A DNA stretch of 64,000 nt, taken from assembly GCA_016699245.1 (NCBI GenBank), contig CP064968.1, positions 448,317-512,316 on the forward strand, in the 5' to 3' direction. Under the pieces are notes generated by a model that had not been told where the DNA came from, ran no database searches, and saw nothing but the letters and a program-made list of their open reading frames with translations. Shown piece by piece: positions 39,937 through 48,675 of the stretch; the stretch's first letter is position 1; every line of letters begins with the position of its first letter. Made by a program: the position numbers and the translations under genes. The stretch is from Candidatus Kaiserbacteria bacterium. Its GTDB lineage: Bacteria > Patescibacteriota > Minisyncoccia > Phycocordibacterales > UBA918.

Positions 39937-40505
39937 TGCATATTAACCTTTTTGATTTGCTTGATGATTACTTGATTGATCGTCTTTTTCAACCGATATG
40001 TGACCGCGTCCGAAAAATATTTGGATGGTCGAAACGAGTTCCTGTTGCAACAATGAAGTTTTTGATGATAATTGGAATCATTCCAGTGTGCGTAACGGCA
40101 ATCATCAGAGATCATGCATTCTCTATATTTATTGGCGTAATCACACTTCTCTGGATTATGAACCAGTCATGGCTCATCTTTACACTCATTAAGGACGAGA
40201 TACATGATGGAAAATCGGAAGGAAAAGGGGGTAGTAGTATTCTTGATGGATGGAGAGTTATTGGAAGAGGGTTTAGAAAAGCAACTCTTTTGCTTTCCGT
40301 GTTCCTCTTTCCTTTTGTCCTTGCGGGCATAGCGACACCCGAAATGAGTCACGTATCTCTCTTCTACGGCATAGGATTACTCGCAAACCTCGGTGATGAT
40401 TTCTTCAAAGCATGTACCGACCTCCCCAAGGGGAAAAGTGTATTTGCACGTATGAAGGAATGGTTTCGAAATCATTCTTTACGACCCGTACCACAAACTT
40501 CCTGA
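39937..40505 (+). CDS. hypothetical membrane protein (4 TM)
   Basis: Start moved to MHINLFDLL; hairpin terminator at 40527-40556. Confidence 0.4.
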
Positions 40506-40591
40506 AAACGGGAAATTACATGAATGGCTTCTGCAGTTACTGCGGAAGCCATTTTTATTTGTGAGTACCAGCGTGATACACTACTCGTATT

Positions 40592-40966
40592 ATGTTGTAC
40601 CTGTCACACAGTGCGCGCACCTTTCCCACCCTTCCCTACGAAGAAATGAAAGACGCGATTCTTGGCAAGAAGTATGCGCTCTCGCTCACTTTTATTGGAA
40701 AGGTGCGCGCACAGTCTCTCAACAAAACCTACCGCAACGCCACCTACGTACCCAACGTCCTTTCATTTCCACTCTCTGATGCTGCGGGCGAAATATACAT
40801 TGCACCTTCAGTTGCCGAAAAGGAAGCATATAAATTCTCTCTTTCACCCAAAGGATACGTAGGGTACCTGTTTATCCACGGGTTACTCCATTTGAAAGGG
40901 TACCCTCATGGGGCTACAATGGACAAAGCAGAGAAAAAATTTGTTTCTAAATTCAATTTGAAATAA
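40592..40966 (+). CDS. ybeY: endoribonuclease YbeY
   Basis: HGLLHLKGYPH metal-binding motif. Confidence 0.7.
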   Translation: MLYLSHSARTFPTLPYEEMKDAILGKKYALSLTFIGKVRAQSLNKTYRNATYVPNVLSFPLSDAAGEIYIAPSVAEKEAYKFSLSPKGYVGYLFIHGLLHLKGYPHGATMDKAEKKFVSKFNLK

Positions 40967-41009
40967 TGATTATCTCTCTGAGGCACCGACCAACAGCCGC
41001 GTTTTTTAT

Positions 41010-42173
41010 ATGAAACAACTCTATGTAACAGGAATCGATGTTGGCACGTACCACGTGAAGGTGGTTATTGCGAGCAACACTCCCGAATCAAAAGGGGTTC
41101 CACAAATCATCGGCACCGGCTACGCCGAGAGCCGTGGTCTTCGTAATGGCTACATCATCAATGAAAGCGACGTGGTAAGAAGTGTCCGTAATGCAGTCGC
41201 ACAGGCCGAAAAAGCCAGTGGTATAAAAGTGAAGCGAGCATATATCTCTATGGGGGGCATTGGTCTTGATGAAATCCACGCCCATGGCGAAGCTATCACC
41301 TCTCGTGCCGACTCAGTCATTACTCAGGCGGACATTGATAAGGCAGTTGAAGCAAGTGAAGAGCACATTAAAGACCGCATCCCGAATCGTAAAATCATCC
41401 ACGCCATTCCTCTTCATTTCACCGTCGACAACGAAAAAGTGCACGGGCGTCCCCATGAACTTAAGGGAACCAAACTTGAAACTGATGTTCTCTTTATTAC
41501 TGCATTTGAGCAACACCTCAACGACCTTGTCTCCGCTATTGAAAGTATTGGTATCAAGGTAGACGACGTCATGGCCTCACCTCTCGCAGGAAGCCTTGTG
41601 ATGCTCACCAAGGCTCAGAAACGCGCCGGGTGCGTCCTTGCCAATATAGGTGCCGAAACAGTCTCTATAGTCGTTTTTGAAAACAATACTCCCACTTCCC
41701 TCAAAGTCTTCCCTATTGGTTCAAATGATATTACAAACGACATCGCGCTCGGCCTCAAAGTCCCTCTCGACGAAGCTGAAAAATTAAAACGTGGTGGCAT
41801 GACCTCAATTCCCTATTCAAAAAAGAAACTCGACGAAATTATTTCTGCTCGTCTTATTGATATTTTTGAACTCATTGATGCTCACCTCAAAAAGATGAAA
41901 CGCGACGGTCTTCTCCCTGCAGGAGTTATCCTCACCGGTGGTGGCTCCGGTATCACGACCGTGCAAGACCTTGCACGTGCATCGCTTCGTCTCCCGTCAA
42001 AGATTGCTACCCTCGACCCTGGCCAAAACGGCAAGGTGCGCGACGCCTCATGGGCAGTCTCGTATGGACTCTGTATCTGGGGAATGACGGGTACCGAAGA
42101 AGAAAGTGGTATCAATCTCGCACGGAACACAGGAGGTAAATTCTTCAACTGGCTCAAACAATTCCTCCCCTAG
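41010..42173 (+). CDS. ftsA: cell division protein FtsA
   Basis: Actin-like ATPase motifs; precedes ftsZ. Confidence 0.9.
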   Translation: MKQLYVTGIDVGTYHVKVVIASNTPESKGVPQIIGTGYAESRGLRNGYIINESDVVRSVRNAVAQAEKASGIKVKRAYISMGGIGLDEIHAHGEAITSRADSVITQADIDKAVEASEEHIKDRIPNRKIIHAIPLHFTVDNEKVHGRPHELKGTKLETDVLFITAFEQHLNDLVSAIESIGIKVDDVMASPLAGSLVMLTKAQKRAGCVLANIGAETVSIVVFENNTPTSLKVFPIGSNDITNDIALGLKVPLDEAEKLKRGGMTSIPYSKKKLDEIISARLIDIFELIDAHLKKMKRDGLLPAGVILTGGGSGITTVQDLARASLRLPSKIATLDPGQNGKVRDASWAVSYGLCIWGMTGTEEESGINLARNTGGKFFNWLKQFLP

Positions 42174-42318
42174 CCTCACTCTCAGCCACTTTTTTACCAC
42201 ATTTATGTAAAATGTGAATCACACGAAACACAATACTGTCAATATAGTGACAGATATTTTTATGCACTGTATGATAGGCATACATTATTAGAGGAGGAGG
42301 TTTGGTGTAAGAAATTAT

Positions 42319-43575
42319 ATGGAACAAATTAAAACAGACGTTGAGTCATTCGCTCGGATACGCGTAGTAGGTGTCGGTGGTTCTGGAAACAACGCCGTTA
42401 ATTACATGATTGGGGCAAAGGTGAAGGGAGTCGAGTTTATCGCTATCAATAGCGACTCACAAGACCTTCATCATTCACTCGCAAAAAAGAAAATCAACAT
42501 TGGTAAGAATCTTACCCGTGGTCTTGGTGCAGGAGGCAATCCCGACATGGGTCGTCGTGCTGCTGAAGAGACACGTGAAGAAATTGCAAATGCAATCAAA
42601 GGTTCCGACATGATCTTCATCACCGGTGGTATGGGTGGTGGTACTGGTACTGGTGCTGCACCGGTGGTGGCAAAGATTGCGCGCGAGACAGGTGCACTCA
42701 CCGTGGGAGTAGTAACCAAACCTTTCCTCTTTGAAGGACAAGAGCGTATGCGCCTTGCGCTTCAGGGTATCGAAGATCTTAAAAAAGAAGTAGACGCACT
42801 CATCACTATTCCGAACGACCGACTCCTCGCTATCGTCGACCGCGAGACGAGCGTCAAGGCGGCATTCGAACTCTGTGACAATGTACTCAAGCAAGCAGTG
42901 GAAGGTATCTCAGACCTTATCACCATGCCAGGTATCATCAACGTAGACTTCGCCGACATTCGTTCCGTCATGGAAAACGCAGGTTCTGCACTTATGGGTG
43001 TTGGACTTTCTACGGGTGAAAAACGCTCGGAGGAGGCAGCACGGGCAGCCATCAATTCTCCACTCCTCGAAGTCTCTATTACGGGCGCAAAGGGAGTACT
43101 CTTTGCAATTGCGGGAGGTGATGACCTTGGTATGCTCGAGATTCAAGATGCAGCACGCATCATCACCGAGTCTATTGACCCTCATGCAAAGGTTATCTTT
43201 GGTGCTATCAAAGACGAAAAACTGAAGAAGAATGAGGTGCGTGTAACTGTAATTGCTACAGGATTTCCTGAGTCAGACACGGGACACCATCTGCCCCATG
43301 TGCGCATGACAAACGAACGAAAAGCGCCAGAATCTATTCCCGAGGAAAAACTAGAGACACGTGGTCGCATTTTCAATTCGATAAGTGCTCCACGAACTCA
43401 GGAGCCAGTTCCTGTCGCTTCGGAGCCGACTATGACACGCGAAGAATCTCGCCCACAAATACAGCAACAATCTCCCGGACAACGTGAACCAAAACCCATC
43501 GACGCCATCGACGAAGAGAACGATGACGATTGGGGCGCAGTTCCAGCATTTTTGCGCAGATCCAAACTTAAATAA
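42319..43575 (+). CDS. ftsZ: cell division protein FtsZ
   Basis: [13 protein letters not shown] tubulin signature. Confidence 0.95.
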   Translation: MEQIKTDVESFARIRVVGVGGSGNNAVNYMIGAKVKGVEFIAINSDSQDLHHSLAKKKINIGKNLTRGLGAGGNPDMGRRAAEETREEIANAIKGSDMIFITGGMGGGTGTGAAPVVAKIARETGALTVGVVTKPFLFEGQERMRLALQGIEDLKKEVDALITIPNDRLLAIVDRETSVKAAFELCDNVLKQAVEGISDLITMPGIINVDFADIRSVMENAGSALMGVGLSTGEKRSEEAARAAINSPLLEVSITGAKGVLFAIAGGDDLGMLEIQDAARIITESIDPHAKVIFGAIKDEKLKKNEVRVTVIATGFPESDTGHHLPHVRMTNERKAPESIPEEKLETRGRIFNSISAPRTQEPVPVASEPTMTREESRPQIQQQSPGQREPKPIDAIDEENDDDWGAVPAFLRRSKLK

Positions 43576-43642
43576 GTTTGGATTGCACAAAAATGTGGAA
43601 CTGCGGGCCGGAGCGATATGAGTCGACCCTTCCTAGGGCGAC

Positions 43643-43720
43643 GAAACAGCGAGGCGGGATCGCGAACACTTAGTAGATTTTGAACGTAGTGAAAAAATAT
43701 ACTTAGTGATTTGTGATCGG
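43643..43720 (+). repeat. ~80-nt repeat (CAGCGAGGCGGGATCGCGAACACTTAGTAGATTTT...ACTTAGTGA) homologous to 63535-63617
   Basis: Two copies with a GCGAGGCGGGRTCG core and paired CTTAGTA...ACTTAG segments; both in gene 3' regions. Confidence 0.5.
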
Positions 43721-43762
43721 TTCCTGCGTTTCCCTATCTTGTATTCACTACCATATTTCTAA

Positions 43763-43792
43763 AATTCAAATCCCGCGCCATCAGCGCGGGAT
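43763..43792. terminator. hairpin AAATCCCGCGC-CATCAG-CGCGGGATTT
   Basis: Read directly; related to the 13441 hairpin. Confidence 0.6.
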
Positions 43793-43809
43793 TTCTTTGG
43801 TTTTGCACA

Positions 43810-44223
43810 TTATTCCACAACACACACATTCCCCGGACATGCCGGCTTATACTCAGGCATTTTCACCACACCGTGTGCAAGCAGAAAATTATATATCCTG
43901 CATCCCACACAAATACCAAAACTTGTCTCGAGAAACATAAACGTTAAACAGAGCATACAGATACTGAGATTAATAGGACCAGTGACACCAAGTATCCATA
44001 CGAGGAGAACCATGGTACCCGAAAGCACGAGACCAATACTCCATGCAAATCGCTTCTGAATTGCACCTACGTATTCAGGCTCTTGTGCACGAACTATCCA
44101 ATTTGCAATGATACTAATAGGGGAAAAGCGTGTCCCAATCACCACCTTCATCAGAAAATCAATAAAGAAAAAAAGTACTACGTACTTGAGATACACATAC
44201 TCCTTTACGTAAAACGCTTGCAT
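43810..44223 (-). CDS. hypothetical membrane protein with C-terminal CxxC pair (DUF4395-like)
   Basis: ORF track. Confidence 0.35.
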   Translation of the reverse strand: MQAFYVKEYVYLKYVVLFFFIDFLMKVVIGTRFSPISIIANWIVRAQEPEYVGAIQKRFAWSIGLVLSGTMVLLVWILGVTGPINLSICMLCLTFMFLETSFGICVGCRIYNFLLAHGVVKMPEYKPACPGNVCVVE

Positions 44224-44376
44224 AAAAGAAAAAAACCAAGGACAAACATAATACCCGCACCCGCGCGTGTCGCTCTTTCATTAAGTACCGGGTATGGTGC
44301 TGGCTTCCTATAGATAGTGAGTCAAGGAATTATTTTGCGTATGTAAAAAATCCTTTTGACTTGAGTGATGCTTTGT

Positions 44377-44610
44377 TCATGTTTTTGCAATAAGTAATTT
44401 AATAAGTTGGCGCATGGTATCGGTGTCTTTATCTTGCATACACCCATCTAGAGATGTTTCCAGATACACCCGGACGAGTGCGTCTACCGACCCTTTCACT
44501 GCTAGTAATTGGGGAATAACATTCTCACACGTATTCCCTTCACCAATGGAGGTCTCGAGACTCACCATTTGTCCACGCACACGTCGTATGCGATTCTGAA
44601 TTGCTTTCAT
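44377..44610 (-). CDS. CsoR/RcnR/FrmR-family metal-sensing transcriptional repressor
   Basis: 77 aa, IRRVRGQ...C...H pattern. Confidence 0.6.
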   Translation of the reverse strand: MKAIQNRIRRVRGQMVSLETSIGEGNTCENVIPQLLAVKGSVDALVRVYLETSLDGCMQDKDTDTMRQLIKLLIAKT

Positions 44611-44690
44611 ATTTTTCTAGTATACCCCCCTCGGGTATACATGTCTACCCTCGCATGCTATGCTATGCGCATACAATAATTTTAAGTTTT

Positions 44691-45611
44691 ATGTACGATC
44701 TCATCATCATTGGTGGAGGCCCGGCAGGTATTTCAGCTGGCATCTACGCGTCACGCAAACAACTCAAGACACTTTTTATTACAAAAGAATGGGGTGGACA
44801 AAGTGTTGTGTCTTCAGAAATTCACAATTGGATAGGCACAATAGCAATCTCGGGAGCCGACCTCGCAAAAAGCCTTGAAAACCATCTCAAAGCGTATGCC
44901 AAAGAGTGCGTCACCATCATGCCCGGTGTTACCGCTTCACACATTGCAAAAACGGAAACTGGCTTTACGGTAACGACAAGCGATGGGGCGGTACACACGA
45001 GTACCACCGTACTTATTGCAGCCGGTTCTTCCCGCCGTAAACTCACCGTACCGGGTGCAGTTGAGTTTGACCAAAAAGGTCTCACGTACTGTGCAACCTG
45101 TGACGGCCCTATGTTTAGTGGTATGGATGTCGCAGTGATTGGTGGTGGGAACGCTGGCTTCGAGACAGCCGCTCAACTCCTCGCATACACAAAGAGCGTC
45201 ACACTGCTCAACTCTGGCGATACGTATAAGGCAGACCCTATCACGGTAGAAAAGGTGCTCGCTCATCCCAATATGACAGGTATCTTGAACGCTCAAACCA
45301 CCGCAATTCTCGGAGATGGATTTGTAAACGGACTCACCTATACGAATGCACTGGGAGAGTCACACACACTTCAAGTCGGCGGTATTTTTGTAGAAATTGG
45401 TATGCTTCCTAATACTGATTTTGCAAAAGACATCATCGCACTTGATGTATACAACCGTGTCACCATAGACCCTTGGACTCAGCGTACCAGTGTTGAGGGT
45501 ATCTGGGCCGCCGGCGATTGCACTAACGTTCACTACCACCAAAACAACATCTCCGCAGGAGATGCCGTAAAGGCACTTGAAGACATTTATGTGTATGTGA
45601 AGACTAGGTAG
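44691..45611 (+). CDS. trxB: thioredoxin-disulfide reductase
   Basis: YDLIIIGGGPAG FAD motif, CATCDG redox centre, GGGNAG NADPH motif. Confidence 0.8.
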   Translation: MYDLIIIGGGPAGISAGIYASRKQLKTLFITKEWGGQSVVSSEIHNWIGTIAISGADLAKSLENHLKAYAKECVTIMPGVTASHIAKTETGFTVTTSDGAVHTSTTVLIAAGSSRRKLTVPGAVEFDQKGLTYCATCDGPMFSGMDVAVIGGGNAGFETAAQLLAYTKSVTLLNSGDTYKADPITVEKVLAHPNMTGILNAQTTAILGDGFVNGLTYTNALGESHTLQVGGIFVEIGMLPNTDFAKDIIALDVYNRVTIDPWTQRTSVEGIWAAGDCTNVHYHQNNISAGDAVKALEDIYVYVKTR

Positions 45612-45642
45612 TTTTTCCTACTTTAAAAACCAGACAGAGAAA

Positions 45643-45670
45643 AACCGCCAACGGCTTGGCGGTTTTTCTT
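45643..45670 (+). terminator. intrinsic terminator AAAACCGCCAA-CGGC-TTGGCGGTTTTT
   Basis: Read directly. Confidence 0.8.
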
Positions 45671-45903
45671 AATACAACGTAGAGCATGTCTTCTGGGCCT
45701 TCAAGCGTACTCTGTTACGAGCACTAAATATGTGAAGAAAAACACCACACCCAGAAGACCTCTCTAGTGTCCCTCTTTCACTCTTCTCCGTCAATACCAA
45801 AAATCAGTCAGTAAAATTGCTTTATAATAAGCCATTCTGTGTATATCCGTGTGAATAAACACGTGTATAAACATACGTACAATCCTGTGTATAGAGAGGT
45901 CTT

Positions 45904-46665
45904 TTAGAGAGTAAAGAGTGTACCAATGAAAAATGCTACTGAAGCAGCCATACTGCCGACCACAACTACTTCAAGCACCGAATACACGGGATGCGTACCC
46001 ACCACTTTCCATTTAAACATTCCAAGAATTATGAGTGCAATAAGTGCACCGAGTGCAGAAAACTGAAAGACTGTGTGAGGATCAATTGAACCCATCACCA
46101 TAAATGGCACCAGTGGCACTAAGCCAAATGAAATAAAGGCAGTGAATGTAGCGATACCGGTGTACACAGGACTTTCACCCATAGGGTTTGCCACTTTGAG
46201 TTCGTTACTCACAATAAAATCCACCCAATATGGTTCGTTCCGACGAAAAATTTCGGTGAGTGCTTGCGCATCTTCTTCCGAAAATCCTTTTCCCATGAGG
46301 GCAAGCTTGGTCTCGCGTGCCTCTACACTTCCATTTTCTGTCGATTCACTTTGCTCACGCTTCCAAAGATTTTTATAGAGCCCCTGCTCCGAGCGTACTG
46401 CAAGAAAATTTCCCAAACCCATAGAGACTCCGTCTCCAAAAAGATTTGCAAGACCAAAGAGAAGCACCATCATAAAAGAAAGTTGTGTGGTGGTATCACT
46501 CGAAAGTGCAGCGCCTGAAAACCCAGCCACCACTGCAAAGGTAGTAATGATACCGTCTATCGCACCATAGATTACTTCCTTCAAATATGAGGAAAGTGGT
46601 GAGCGCTTATGCGCAGATTTAATATGTGCCTCCGCCCTTTTCAAACGAGTACTGCGTAACATGCG
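45904..46665 (-). CDS. VIT1/CCC1-family Fe/Mn transporter
   Basis: YLKEVIYGAIDGIITTFAVVAG; start moved to MLRSTRLKRAE because the upstream 66 nt lie in a repeat element. Confidence 0.65.
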   Translation of the reverse strand, partial: RMLRSTRLKRAEAHIKSAHKRSPLSSYLKEVIYGAIDGIITTFAVVAGFSGAALSSDTTTQLSFMMVLLFGLANLFGDGVSMGLGNFLAVRSEQGLYKNLWKREQSESTENGSVEARETKLALMGKGFSEEDAQALTEIFRRNEPYWVDFIVSNELKVANPMGESPVYTGIATFTAFISFGLVPLVPFMVMGSIDPHTVFQFSALGALIALIILGMFKWKVVGTHPVYSVLEVVVVGSMAASVAFFIGTLFTL

Positions 46666-46696
46666 TATATCATAGCATGGAGGGTGTGATGGACTG

Positions 46697-46840
46697 GACG
46701 CGAGAGGGGGGATTCGAATCTTTTCGTTCACTGGAACGCGGCACAGATTCTGTTCAGGTTGTATGATAGTTTCTCCTTGCAGTCGAAACTTTCGACAACC
46801 TTTTCGAATCCCCCGCGTAAGCTCCCCCGGAGCTTACTCT
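46697..46840 (-). repeat. structured repeat element family, copy D (inverted; core 46756-46801) bounded by a 12-bp inverted repeat GGGGGATTCGAA/TTCGAATCCCCC and ending in a tRNA 3'-end-like TCCCCCCTCTCGCGTCCA
   Basis: Shares the CTGTGCCGCGTTCCAGTGAACGAAAAG tail with copy B. Confidence 0.6.
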
Positions 46841-46980
46841 CTTCCGCCAACAAAATATGCCCCTTGCGGGGCTATTTTGTATTGGCAGGCATCGTAGGTT
46901 CAGTATCAGAGCGGTGAGATGATGTAAGGATATTTGAGGATTGTTTTAAGAGTTGAAATGAGGTATGTGGGTTGGAGTAT

Positions 46981-47778
46981 TTAAATCCTTTCACTGGGAC
47001 TTGGAACTGTAGCGGCATGTGCTTCAACTAATTCAAAAGTGTATAAACCGTCTTCGTCCTTAAAAAATCTTGCCATAGATGGTAATTCCTCATCGGAAAG
47101 CTTTGTGAATTCTTTCGTACCGTAGTTATGATACTGGCCCATAAGATATTCAATCCTGCCCGAAGTGATACCAGGAATCTGTCTCTTTATATTCTCTCCC
47201 ATCGGATGCTGTTCGTCAGGTTCATTATCAAAAGTAATCGGTTCAGTCTTCGTGTGAAGATTTCCTGCAACTACGAGAGTCGGTACGTCTGAAAGATTGT
47301 TGAGAATATTTTCCGCCATAGCCGCATCTCGCGCATTCCATCCGTATCCACCAGAACCTCCGTCAAAACAGACAAGTCCTTCAAGCATTCCTTCGGACTT
47401 AAGCTTCTTAAGGAGAGCAAAGTGGCCTGCGGTGATGCGTCCATCCGGACTATCCTTAATAGCATCAAAATCAAGCTCTCCCGATTGCAGATACCTTTCA
47501 GCGACTGTTTTAAGCTCTGGCTCCCATTCTAGGGCAAGTTGGCGGAAGCCGAATTTCTTGAACAGTGTGTAAATTACATCTGCATTCTCTTTTACTCCGT
47601 GCATTTCGCCCAAGATGAACAGTTTGGTGTTTCCTATACTCTCCGCAAGTTCTTGAATTGACTGTTTATCAAATATGGTGGGAACTTCTTCAACTAAAAC
47701 GGAAGAAATCGTCTCAATAAATGAGTTTTTATCACCTTCCAGATTCCTTTCTTGTTTTGGCTTTTCAAACTTTTCCAT
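46981..47778 (-). CDS. ChaN/Tiki/TraB-superfamily protein (GEMHG motif), function unknown
   Basis: ILGEMHG motif; weak. Confidence 0.35.
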   Translation of the reverse strand: MEKFEKPKQERNLEGDKNSFIETISSVLVEEVPTIFDKQSIQELAESIGNTKLFILGEMHGVKENADVIYTLFKKFGFRQLALEWEPELKTVAERYLQSGELDFDAIKDSPDGRITAGHFALLKKLKSEGMLEGLVCFDGGSGGYGWNARDAAMAENILNNLSDVPTLVVAGNLHTKTEPITFDNEPDEQHPMGENIKRQIPGITSGRIEYLMGQYHNYGTKEFTKLSDEELPSMARFFKDEDGLYTFELVEAHAATVPSPSERI

Positions 47779-47830
47779 GACTTAATTTTAGCTCAGATCA
47801 AGCTTTTTAGGTACTCGGGTCTGCCGATAC

Positions 47831-47964
47831 TAAGTTCTATTGGCGGAAGAGGGGGGATTCGTCCTGACGGTCACTAATTCGCTGACGCTCATAAGTGCCG
47901 CGGGACACGACTCGCCGGCCCAGAGGGGCCCCGGCTCCGTCGTTCGAATCCCCCCTCTTCTCGC
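47831..47964. repeat. inverted-repeat element with arms copied from the tRNA-Ser 3' end: TGGCGGAAGAGGGGGGATTCG...(84 nt GC-rich)...CGAATCCCCCCTCTTCTCGC
   Basis: 16-bp perfect arms at 47836-47851 and 47945-47960; the left arm is the exact complement of an acceptor/T-stem 3' end plus CCA (primer-binding-site-like). Confidence 0.6.
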
Positions 47965-48008
47965 AACATGCAACAAACCCAATGCTTTCGCATTGGGTTT
48001 GGCAGTTG

Positions 48009-48095
48009 CGGAAGAGGGGGGATTTGAACCCCCGATCGAGTCTCCCCGATGCCGGTTTTCGAAACCGGTGCACTAAACCACTATGCGACTCTTCC
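48009..48095 (-). tRNA. tRNA-Ser (CGA), long variable arm
   Basis: Acceptor GGAAGAG/CTCTTCC, anticodon stem CCGGT/ACCGG, loop TTCGAAA, T-arm GGGGGTTCAAATCCCCC; terminator hairpin at 47970-48000. Confidence 0.75.
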
Positions 48096-48386
48096 AAATG
48101 TATGAACTATTAAACTAGCATTTTTTCCAATTTTTCGGTAGTATAGCGAGGTTCGGATTGTATTGTCCCTTACTAGGACGAACGAGGTGTCATGTAGGAG
48201 TTTTACTCATACTTGCACCGAGTGACGTCCTAGCAAGCTCTGCTTGCAGGGACTGTACACCTTGTCGATATTTTTCTTCAGCTCACGCCTTGAAAAATAT
48301 CAGGCAAGGTCTTGCGAAAGTCCCCCAGACTTTCTCACCCATCGTCATCGACGATGTGGCCGTACAAAATTCAAAGAATTTCGTCC

Positions 48387-48603
48387 GGCCCCATCGTCTA
48401 ACGGTGGCCAGAAATTAAAGAGCGCAAGCGATTATAATTTCTGAGTGGCCTAGAAGTTACTGAGCGCAAGCGACAATAACTTCTGGTCTGCCTACTTTTT
48501 CTTTCAAAATGAAAAAGTAGGCCAAGTCACTTTTTCTTCTTCCCAGAAGAAAAAGTGACGCACACGGCAAGACTAAAACTACAATGATGCAAAAGGTACA
48601 TAC
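48387..48603 (+). repeat. tRNA-Glu 5' fragment (19 nt, 48387-48405) followed by a four-hairpin cassette (48409-48443, 48452-48484, 48490-48522, 48526-48558)
   Basis: GGCCCCATCGTCTAACGGT is identical to tRNA-Glu nt 1-19; hairpins 1-2 carry GAGCGCAAGCGA loops; hairpins 3-4 have 12-15-bp stems. Confidence 0.6.
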
Positions 48604-48675
48604 GGCCCCATCGTCTAACGGTTAGGACATCAGGTTTTCATCCTGGAAATCGGAGTTCGATTCTCCGTGGGGTCA
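48604..48675 (+). tRNA. tRNA-Glu (TTC)
   Basis: Acceptor GGCCCCA/TGGGGTC, anticodon stem TCAGG/CCTGG, loop TTTTCAT, T-arm CGGAGTTCGATTCTCCG. Confidence 0.7.

Noticed and set aside
46700-46840. Possible tmRNA or tRNA gene (GGGGGATTCGAA and TTCGAATCCCCCCTCTCGCGTCCA tRNA-like ends)
   Set aside because: No cloverleaf or tmRNA 5' acceptor partner (CGCGAGA) is present on the same strand. The T-stem pairing is broken. The segment contains the repeat-family core, so it is better treated as a repeat element with tRNA-like termini.
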